61,461 nucleotides of DNA from a virus (taxonomy: Duplodnaviria; Caudoviricetes), in the IMG/VR virus record IMGVR_UViG_3300002231_001522, positions 1 to 61,461 of that record; one strand, 5' to 3'. How positions within the stretch are numbered: position 1 is the first letter of the stretch; the number at the start of each line of letters is the position of its first letter. Below, piece by piece: positions 10,826 to 22,800 of the stretch. The position numbers were made by a program, and so were the translations under genes. Under the pieces are notes generated by a model. That model was given only the letters and a program-made list of their open reading frames with translations. It searched no databases and was not told the origin of the DNA.

Positions 10826-13800
10826 ATGCCAATTAATGAGAATGCTTTTGATTTTTTACTCGATAGTAATAAAACTGATACACAAAATCTATCTATTGAT
10901 GAAAATGCTTTTGATAATTGGATAGAAGAACCAGTACAGCCAGTCGAGAAAGCTAAAACTGATATTGGCACAGGTATTGTAGAAGGGTTAACAGCAGGAA
11001 TTAATAAAATTCCAGAATCTGATATAGAAATTAATCCAGAATTAAAAGCATTAGGTGAAAAAGCTGATATTTTTCTTCAAGGACAACGAAACAAAAAACT
11101 CGAAAATCTCTCTGATAGAATAGCAGAGAAGAATGGAACTAAACAAACCTTTGAGCCTGTTGATGTAAAACCATTTAAAACAAAAACAAAAATTCCCCTT
11201 GGTACTCCAGCCGAATTACGACCAGTAATGAAGGAGATTATAGAAAAACAAGGTCAAGATTATACCCAGCCATTAGCTGGTCCCGATGTTTCATTTTCCG
11301 ATAGATTAAAAGCAAATAAATTGGCTTTTAAGTCTGGTTTGGAAAAACACAAAGCTAAAGTAATTGGTGGTGATATTCCTCCTTATACCGGCGAACGTAA
11401 ATCTGATGGTAAAAAATACCAAGATGCTATTGATAGAGAAGACACAATTGGTGAACAAACTCTTTCCTCAAAGGGTGTAAAACCAGAACAATTCCAATAT
11501 TCAGGAGTTTACCCCACTAATGAATCTCTTAAACGTCTATTGGGCGATACCGATAATGATACTAAAAACTCAGTAAGATCTTATTTAGCAAGAAATGAAC
11601 AATCAAAACATATAGAGAAAGCTAAAACTCTTGGCGAAGAATCTGAAAAATTATATCCATATTCTGATAGAATGGAAAAATTATATGCTACTTTTGATCA
11701 AGCTATGGGTGTAAAAGGTGACAAAACATTAGGCTCTAAAAACATTAGAGAGATACAAAAGGGTTGGGATGCAGGATATGTTGATAAAGAATTAAATAAA
11801 ACCATAGCTACACTTGCGATGGTTTCTCCACAAAAAGCGGCAGAATTACTTCCAGTTGTAAAAGATCTACAGGGTGATATTCAGGAATCTATTGATACCG
11901 GCGACAAAGGTGTTTTTGTCAAAGGAGCACAACGATTAGCTCGTACATTAGAGCCTATGATGGAGGCTATGACCAAACAAACAGCAGCGATGCTTATACC
12001 TGGAGTTGGTCAAACTGTTTTAGTTCCATTGGCAGTTGCCAGTACATTTAATGAGTTTTCAGGTATGGAAACAGGGAGTGTTTTTCAACAATTAGTTGAA
12101 AATGGTGTCGAGCCAGAAGTAGCCGCTTCCATATCTGTACCCGAAGGCTTAATAAATGCCGCAATAGAATCTTTCCAAGTAGCAGAACCTATAAGTGCTG
12201 GTGTGGAAACTTTTGGTCATACACTCTCTTCTGCGATGTCAAAGAATTTGGCTAAATATGTAAAGAATAAAGGAATAAAAAAAGCATCTCAAATACCTAA
12301 AGATTTAATAAAACATGCTTTTCCTGAAATAATAGAAGAGACTATACAGGGTGGTATAACTGATGGAACGATAGAAGGTACTAAAGCAAATCAAATGCTT
12401 GGTAAAAACGGATTTAATACGATTAAGGCGGCAGGTAAAGGTGCATTAATGAGTGGGTTAACATCTACACCTGATATGATTGCTATTACAGCGTTAGGCA
12501 TGATGACCGGTGGACTTGCTGGTAAATTAAAAGGAGTTTCTTTAGGAAATAATAAAAACCATTATAATAAAATCAAATCAATTTCAGAAAGCAATAAATC
12601 TAAAGAAGAAAAAATTAAAGAATTAAAAAGATATTTACAAGATAATCCTAAATTCATGGAATCAATAACAAGTGATATAGCCGACAATATTATGGATAAC
12701 GTTATTGATTTAGATGTTAAAGCTAAAAACCCGTTAAAGTCTGAGCCTCAACAAGCGAAAGAAACAATACAACCTCAACAAGCGAAAGAAACAATACAAC
12801 CTCAACAAGCGGAAGATCTAAAAACACCTCAACAAGATAATGTTGAACCTTTACCAAGGAAATTAGAAAATGACCTCCAAACAGAAACAATCACGCCGGA
12901 GTCTGGAGAACAAAAGCAGATTGATACTAACGCAAGCAAAAGTGTTGATGGGAATGTTGACCAAGAAGGAAAAAACCAATTCCGAAGCGAACCTTCTACA
13001 ATTCAAAATGAAATTGCCACAAAAGAAGAGGAACCACAGAGCCCTACAAATGTAAGTAGTGCTGGTGAAATTGTTATAAATGAAGCCGCTTTTGATGATA
13101 TTTTAAATGATATTGAAAGTTCTACTGAAGATGTCGAGAATAATGTTAAAAAAGAAAGTAATAAAAAAATCAAAACTATTCGTGATGTTAAAAAACTCAC
13201 TTATGATACTATAGACAAAGATGCAAACATAAGAACTAAAAAAGATAAAAATGGCGAATTAGTTCCGGTATCAAAGAATAAAGAGATTACTGCAATTGCA
13301 GAAGATGGTTTTGAGCATAATTTTGATGTTACTGTGAACAAAAAAAATAAAGTAATTACTAAAGATAAAGGATTAACTGAGACTGGACAAGAGCAATCTA
13401 CTCTTAATGAGATTAATCGTTTAAAAGATGATGTAAAAGTTGAATTAGAAACTAATCCGAAATTGGTAAATTTATCTAATAAAGAGAAATATTTTATTGG
13501 TAAGCAATTAAACAAAGCATCAGAAATAGATAAAGCTCTACCAAAATTAGATGTTTTTATCAAAAAAGCTAAAACGCTAATAAAAGGAGAGATTAATGTT
13601 AAACAAAAAGCAAATATTGGAAAAGGCGAAAAAGGTGTTACCTCTGGACAAAAAGTCGAACCTATTGGAGAACCTAAACCAAATAGAAATGTCAGCAAGG
13701 CAAAATCCGGAAGTGGGAAAGAAGCTATTAATGAGGCTATACCCGTACCTGAATCTGCAATTGAAGACAATCGCACAAGCAATGAAGTACAGCCTAATAC

Positions 13801-16800
13801 AAAAAGAGTGGAAGGACTCGGAGCCGCTGGAAACAATGGGAGAACTTCACAAGGGAATACAGGAAAGCGACTGGTATCAGAAACAAATGGGCGAAATGAT
13901 ATTACCAACAGGAAGCAACCTATTCAACCTAAAAGTTCAGAAAGTATAAAACAATCTGAGCCAGAACAACTAAAAACACCTGAAAGTACACAGAAGAAAC
14001 CGATACCATCGGGCAATCATGCAGATCCAACTCCTTCAAGTGACCAGATAAAAGCCGGTAATTACAAGAAAAAACACCTTAAACGTGATGGAATGGATAT
14101 ATCTATCGAAGTTGAGAAAGGTGAAAATCGTGAGGGAATAGACAAAAACGGTAAGAAGTGGTCAACAACAATGACCTATGATTATGGGTATATAAAAGGT
14201 ACGGTTAGTAGTGATAAAGAGCATGTTGATGTTTTTATAAAATCGGATGATGCAGACTTGTCAAAAGTTTTTGTCGTTAATCAAACGAATCCAGATAAAT
14301 CATACGATGAACCAAAAGTTATGCTGGGTTTCAATGATTCTAAAGAAGCCGAAACTGCATATCTTGAAAATTACGAAGATGGCTGGAATAATTATAGTGA
14401 TATTGTAGAAATGTCCATGTATGATTTTAAGAAATGGGCTTATGATCCGAATAAAGCCGGTCCAGCAAAAGTAGAAGTAATCGATGAAAAAATAAAATCT
14501 GAGAATGATAATTATAATTTAACTAACGCAAAACCTATTTCTCTTAAACGTACAGCCAGAAAAAACATTAATAAACAAGTTAAAGATATTCTTGCGAAAG
14601 TTAAAGATGATCCTACATACAAAGTAACCGATGCCGAAAAGAATATATTAAGACAATATACAGGATTAGGAGGGCTTGATGAGGCTGTGACAGGGAGACG
14701 ATGGCAGCATTATACTTCTTATCCTGTCGTAAAAGCTATGTATAATGCTATAGACCAGTCAGGTTTTACGTATAAAAAAGCATTGGAGCCAGCAGTAGGA
14801 ACTGGTAATTTTGTAGGTATGAGACCAAACGCTAATTGGGTAACGGTAGATTTAGATAAAACAAATCACCAAATTATGGAAATTCTTTACCCTGATGCTA
14901 ATAATTACAATATGAGTTTTGAAAGATTATTGATAGATGACTTTGACCTAATAATCTCAAATGTTCCTTTCCAAGCTGATAGAACAAAAACGCCAGTATC
15001 ATATCGTCCTGAAATTAAAGCATTGCATGATTACTTTTTTGTGGAATCCTTAGATAAAGTAAATGACAATGGAATTGTTGCATTTATATCTTCAACTGGA
15101 ACTATGGATAAAATGGATAGTTCAGTAAGAAAAGAGATAATTAGCAAGGCAGATGTTTTAGGAGCTTACAGACTATCTTCAGAGGCTTTTGAGGACAATG
15201 CTTCTACAAGTGTAATTACAGATATAGTATTCCTTCAGAAGAGACCTAACGGTGTTGAGAGTATTCACAAAGATGACAATGAAGCATTTGTTGATAGTGT
15301 TCCATATAGTGATAATACTGAGTTTAATATAAATAAATATTATAAATTACATCCTGAGAAGATTTTGGGCGAGGCTTCAGTTGGTAAAATTCAAACAGCA
15401 ATGGGTAAAGAGGGGCTTACTGTAACGGGAAAACCGGATCTTTCAAAAATAGTAATACATCCACATAAATATGAGAATGCTGAAAAAAGAACATTCAAAT
15501 TTAAAAAGAATGGAAAATACCCAGCAAAGACAAAAGAAATGGACAAATGGATTAAAGATAATAATGCTATAGCATATCCTGATTATGAATTTTATTTAGA
15601 TGAAAATGGGAAAATGGTATTAGAATCAAACCGTAAATTTAATCTTGCCTCTGAAGTTATTGATGGAACATTGTGGATTAAAGATGATGTTGTGGAATTT
15701 TCTGATACTGATGTGAAATATGCAGTTTTCAAGAAAGCAGAAGGAGTACAAGTAAACAAAATTGATGCACTAATGGATATAGAAGATGCCGCTATTAAAT
15801 TTCAAAATACCCAAGATGATAATATTGCTAATAAAGGAATTCAACAGGTAAATGACTATCTTAAAAAATATGGTAATCCACATAAAGATAAAATATTAAG
15901 AAAATATTCTAAGACTACTGATACCGAAACTCTTTATTTAAGATTAGCTTCATTTATTGACAAAGAAGGTCGCCCAGCCGATGTGTTTTATGAGCAAACT
16001 CGGTATAAATCTGGTTTTTTGAAAGTAAATGAAAAAACAGGGTTTAATGAAAGAGCATTAGCGTCCGAAAACCGAAACGGTATTATAAATATTTCAGAAA
16101 GTGAATTTATCTCTAAAAATGATATTAAAAAGTTAAATGAAAACTATAGTATATTAGGAAAAGATAAAGATGGTAATTATATCTATCAAAATAAAGTGCT
16201 TTATCTTTCTGGTAACATCTTTGATAAAATTGATGCATTAAATGAATTAATTGTAGCAGAAACAAACAAAAGTCTTCAAGACAAAATGAAGATTCAGCTT
16301 GATGAGTTATATAAAATACTACCAAAGCAAGACAACCTTGAGTCTATTAATATAAATGGTAATGAGGAATGGTTTTCTGATTTTGCAGATATGCTGCCAT
16401 TCCATATTGCGAAAAATGGAGCAGGAAAATATGATATAGAACCACTTACACCAACAGAACTTTCGGAGCTTGATATAAAAGGTGATGAAAAATGGCTTAC
16501 TGAATTTGATAACATAATGGAGTATAAAGTTAGATTTCCAGCATATGGAAGACGAAGGATTAACAAAAAGACAGGAAGTGAAGCAAGAAAAGTCCGGAAA
16601 GCATTACTTATTTATTATAGATATTTAAACACAGGTAGGCTCATTAATTTTAGACCTAAAAGTGAATCAATTTCAACATACAAAGAAAACTTAAATAAGG
16701 CTTATGAAACAATAGCAAAAATCAAAAATGCAATAAAATCTAAAATAGCAAGTAGTGAAAATTTATCGGCTGTAGAAAACAAATACAATAGGCAATATAA

Positions 16801-19800
16801 TAGTCATGTAAGCCCAAATTATATGAAAGCGTCTTATTTAATTCAAGATGTAATAGACGAAATGGAAACTAATCTTTCTACTCCTGGAAAAAAAGGCAAA
16901 CTAAGACAAAACCAAATAGAATGGATGACACAAGCATATTTGGAAGGTGTTAGTCTAAATAGTCACGATACTGGCGGTGGAAAAACTTTTGCCGCAATTG
17001 GGTTAGCTCGAATATTAAAAAAACGAGGGTTAGCTAAAAAACCTCTTTTTGTTGTTCCTCCTAAAACTCTTAACAAATGGATACGTGAAACTCGGTTATT
17101 ATTCCCAGATGCTAAAATTGTTAATCTTGGTGAACTATACGCAAAAAAAAGAACAGAAGCGTTACTAAACATTGCGAATAAGAATGCAGATTTCACATTT
17201 ATTTCACATGAAGGACTTGGGCAAATAGCCCTAAAGTATGAAAATTTAAAAAGATACATTAATGATATTTATTATACACAAATTAAAGGTTCAGCAGAGG
17301 GGCTCTCCAATAAAAAAATAATAAAAGAACTTGAATCTTTTGAACAATACAAAGAAGTTATGAAGAATATAAGTAGTAAGAATGACCAAAACATTATTTG
17401 GGAACGATTGGGCTTTGATGCTATGATTACCGACGAAGCCCATGCTTTTAAAAATGTTGGTGTCAATAGTAGATTGTCAAATAAAGGTGTTGGTAAACCG
17501 TTTAGCGTGAAGTCTGGTGGTAAATTAGACTCTGTAAGATCGTATGATTTTAGATATAAAACAATAAATATATTGGAAAACAATAACAATAAAAATGTTT
17601 TTCTTCTCACAGCAACACCAACAGGTAACAAACCATTAGAAGTATATACGATGTTAGCACACATGGGAAATATTTGGGAGCAATATGGAATACACAATGT
17701 GATTGATTTTGCGAATATGTTTTATGAATTTAAAACTATTGTACCAGCAACAGGTGGAGAGCCTAAAGAAGTATTAGCTAAAATGATTAATCTTCACAAG
17801 TTACATTCAATTTTAGATAGATATGTTTCTTATTATCCAATGTCAGAAATGAAATGGATAAAAGTACCAGCGAAAAGCACACAGTTACACCATCTTGGTA
17901 GAAGTGATGAAGTTAAAGATGTTATGAACGAATTGACAGCCAGAGGTCAGATGATTAAAGGTCAATACAGGAAAGGAACAGGCGATGACACTTACACTTC
18001 TATATATGTACATGGGCGTAACGCCTCTGTTGATCCTCGTCTTTATCCTGGTGGAGATGCCGAAGCACTACATGCCACAGTATATCATAAAAACCGGTCT
18101 AAAAATTTGAGCAATGATAAAATCCAATATGCAATAAATTTAATGATTAAAAGGAAGAAAAATAATCCAGATATTGGACAATTGGTATTTATAGATAATT
18201 ACGGGAAACATTTATCAAAACAAAAGACATTAGAGGGTGAGCCTGTTATTTCTGAAGATATACAAATGGAAATTAGAAATGAACTAATAAAGAGGGGTGT
18301 ACCGTCCGAACAAATTGCTATTGTCAGGGATAAAATATTTGATCCTAAAACAAAAAAATTTGTATCAAAAGACGACGAAAAAGGTAGGAAAAAATTTCAA
18401 GAGATACAAGATGCTTACCAAAGTGGTGATATTAGATTTATGATTGGAACTACTAAAAGTATGGGTGAAGGTATTAACCTTGATTATAAAACAGGAAGTG
18501 TATATAATTTAGATTTTCCACATAAACCTGGTGAAGTTGATCAACGTCTCGGCCGTGCAGTTAGAGCTGGTAACTCTTTGAACAATGTAGATGTACATTT
18601 TTTCTTGATGGGAGGGACATTTGATGCTCTCTCTTATGGTATGATAGCTAAAAAACGTGGCTGGAACAGAGCTATATGGGAAGACAAAGCAGATGTACTT
18701 GATGTTACAGCTGAAATGTCAGAGGGCGATACTCCTTCAGACAAGGAAATTGAGATAGCGTTGATTGTTGATCCTATTGAAAGAGAAAAACGTAAAGTTA
18801 AATACAATATAGATAATCTCAATAAAACAATTCACGAAAACAATGAGGAGCTAATAAACATACGAGCCTCAAATAGATATTATGACTCAAAAATTGCTAT
18901 AATTAATGCTAAAAATATCGAGTTAAATAATACAATTCAAAAGACACAAAAGATTATGGGAACTGAAGAATTTAAAGAAAATAACAAAAAATCGCAAGTT
19001 AAAATTGATAAAATAAATACAGAAATTGCAAAAACTGATGCTAAAGAAAAAGGAAAAATAGCAACACTTGAAACTCGAAAGAATAATCTTAAGCAAAGAA
19101 TGACTACTGATAGCCGGAGAATACAAAATGCAGAAAATCATATTAAGGCTAATGATAAATCTATTCGTGATTACAAAGCGATTCAAGAAGAAGATGCAGA
19201 GCGTGGTAATAAACTAAGGGAGAAGTCTCTTGAAATACAGATAGAAAGAGAAGCTATTGAAAATAAATATTATCAAGATGGTAAATTTTCTATAAGTGAA
19301 GATATGGAAAAACAACTTATTGCACAAGATGAACTTGATAGAATAGGTTCAGAAACTGAGATCACAAAAGAATATTTTCTTACTGATGAAGCAAAAGATC
19401 AATATATTGTAGAACACCCTGAACTTGAAGATATGAGAAAAAATAAAGGGTCAATATCAATGAATCATCATGTTTCAAATAAATATTTACCTAAAGAAGT
19501 CATTGAAAATATTAAAATAATAGAATCCGATACGTTTACGTTTAGAGGGGAAAAACGCAGACTTGACAGTAACGGGCTAATTATTACAGATATGGATAGT
19601 GTCACAGTTGTATTGAAACCAGGGTTATCGGAACAAGAAAAATCTTCAGTTTTAACACATGAATTAATCGGTCATTTTGGCTTCTCTAATTTATTAAGGA
19701 ATGATCCAAAAATCTACAAGACTGTGATGGACATATTTGAAAAAGATGTAGATTTAAAAGAAGCTATAAGAAGAGAGTATAAAGAAGACCTTGCTCAAGC

Positions 19801-22800
19801 AGAACTTTCAGGTGGAATAGATGCGTATAATGATGTTCTTTTGGGCGAATGGCTTGCCCATGCTATCGATGTGAATGATAAAAAGAATTTTATCCAAAAG
19901 ATTTATGATGCAGTTAAAAAATTGCTCATTAAAATGGGATGGGCAAAACCTTCTAATATTGAAGAATTAATGCCAGTTCTTGTCCGTGAACTCAAAAATA
20001 CGAAAGCTCATAACTTTTCACCTTCTGTCAAAGTAACAAATGCGACTAACAAAGGATATGATAGTGCAATCCGATTTATGAAAAAGGTCGAAGTAAAAAG
20101 ACTAATGTCAAAAGATGAGTTAGTTAAAGAAAATTTAGTATTAGAGGAACAAGCCAAAAAAGACAAAAAACGAATTTATACTATTGATAGAGCAAAACAG
20201 AAAGTTATACAAGGTGTTAGAGACCATAAAATTAATGTAAAAAATTATCTTAAATACGCCAGAGAATATTCACGATTGGCTCTTGATCCAGGATTAAATG
20301 ATACTTTTAGAGCCAGACTTAGCACAATGTTAAATTCCCCAATATGGAAAAAATTAGATACTCCAAAACGGCAAGAACAAGCGAAATTACAACTGTTGAA
20401 TTTAATTAATCATCTTAATAGTATTCAGAGGCGGAAAGGTTCTATTGATAAGTTATTTAAAACTCTTAAACGTTCTAAAAGAGCAGAGGGTAAATCTAAA
20501 AAAGCTATAAGAGACATGCTTAAAGACGTTAGGAATAAACTAACGAATGGGAAGGGTAGATTAGATGCTAAATTTATCAACGAACTTGAAACTACACAAA
20601 TAAAAGAACTTACTAATGAGATTAATAAGATCCTTGCATATTCCAAAGGTGTTCAAGATGATTTTATTGCAGGAAGAATAGAAGATTTTGAGAAAAAAGC
20701 CGCTATTTGCGAAACAAACTTACGTAATACCCAGCCCAGTAAGGTTAAAGAGCTACCAAGAGGTGCTGGCGATAGCTTATTCCGAAAAGTATATGATTCT
20801 ATAGTTGGGATTGGAGCATCGACTACAGAGACAATTACAGAAGAATTAGACGGAATGGATAAAACAGAAGATAATGCAGTTATGTCCGATGTGTTTTTTC
20901 AAGCATTCCATGAAGCATCAAATGGTAAATTAAAATTCATGCAAGATTTGGAAGATAAATTCAACAAACAATTTAAGATTAATGATATAAAGGATTTGTC
21001 TGTCGTGTTTCATAGCAGTATGAAGGATATTTCTAAAATAGATAAACCTTATACTGTTACAGATAAAAATGGTGATGAACATACAATACATCTTTCTGGA
21101 GGACATAGAATTTCTTTATATCTTCATGGATTAAATGAGCATAACACAAAAGCATTAAAAGACGGAATTGCATTTGATTATGATTACGACAAGAAAAATC
21201 CTATTGAATTATCTGAAGAATCTATAGAAGAACTTACAAGCCCTGATATGTTGTCAGATACCGAACGGAAAATTGCAGATTTTATGTATAGTTTTCTAAA
21301 TGGTGAAGCTAAAACCGAATTAGAACGGGCATCTGATAGGATTAATGGTTATCCAATGGAATTAGTAGATAGTTACTTTCCATTACATAGAATAAACGTT
21401 TATAGAGATTTTCTAATAAAAGGTAGTAGTGATTTGTCTGGAACTGTGAATCAAGTATTCATAGAAGGAGCCGGAAGTTTCAAAGAACGAAAAAAAAACG
21501 CAGGTGGTTCTGTGTTAATTGAAGATGCTTTTTCTGCATTTTACAATTCTGCACTACTAACAGCAAGTTATTCCAATTATGCAATGCCTTTAAGATACGC
21601 AAAGCAAATGATTCACCATTTAAGACCGGTAGCAAGAGAAACACACCGGACGAAATATTTAGATGCATTGCAAAGATATGTTAAAAGAATTGAAGGTTCT
21701 AATAGAATAGTCGGTTTGGAATCTTATTTAAAATCAATAGTAGGTAACGTAGCGGCTAATGTCTTAGGTGGTAATATACCTGTTTTTTTAAGACAAGCTG
21801 GTTCTTATGCTTTAATAGCTACTGAAATTGATTCAAAATATTGGAGCAAAGCCGCTACAATGATACCATTAACTCAAAATGGTGGAAAACAATTAAGAGA
21901 TATTACTAAGAGATATTCTCCATTTTTTAGAGCAAGGTTTGAAAGTAACCTAATTAATGCGGAATTGGGACAACGGGCAGCCTCTCAACAAATTGGAAAA
22001 ACTTTTGGTAAAAAACTGCCTAAAACAGAATATGCAACACTTCCCATTCAATGGATGGATAGAGCAACTGTCACTCGAATTATACAAGCAGCTAAATTAA
22101 AAATTGAAGATACTACTAATTTAAAAGATGATGAAAAGTGGAACGCAATAGTTAAATTAGCTGAAGATATAACTATCCGTACCCAGCCAATGTATTCTAT
22201 TGAATACCGTTCAGAGATGGGGGCAAATCCTGCATTATGGGCGAGATTAACCTTTATGTTTACGTCTGCAACAAATGCGGTTTATAATACAATAAAAAGA
22301 ACATGGCTAAGATATAAAAGGTCTAATAGAACTCCTAAAGATAAACTGGACTTATTAGGTCGATTATTTGCTTGTTGGTTTTCTACATCATTACTAATGA
22401 CAGCTATTGATGAAGTAGCCGATTTTTTAAAAGGTAAATGGGACAGAGATGTTTGGAAACGTATTAATAGATTAATATCAAGGACATTCTCACCGTTTTA
22501 TTTTGGTGATAAAGTTGCAGGAATCGTTATTGATTCAATAAACTTTTTAAAAGGTGATGATTCATTTAAGCAAACAAACAATAGAGATCGTAATTTACTA
22601 AGTGTCATAAATCAAAACATTTTTCAAGGTTTTGGTGATGTTTATAGGTCATACAAAGACAAAGATCTACAAGCCGGCGATTATCAAAGACTGTTAAAAG
22701 GATCTGCCGAAATAGGTAATGCTGTCAGTATTTTAGCATTAAAAGGGTCAGTTCCTGTTTTAAATACATACCGATTGTTTGACGAAAGACTTAAGCCAAA

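Noticed and set aside
13201-13908. 235-aa antisense ORF within the giant gene
   Set aside because: Shadow of a Lys/Glu-rich linker; no motifs. The same applies to the other short antisense and off-frame ORFs in the track
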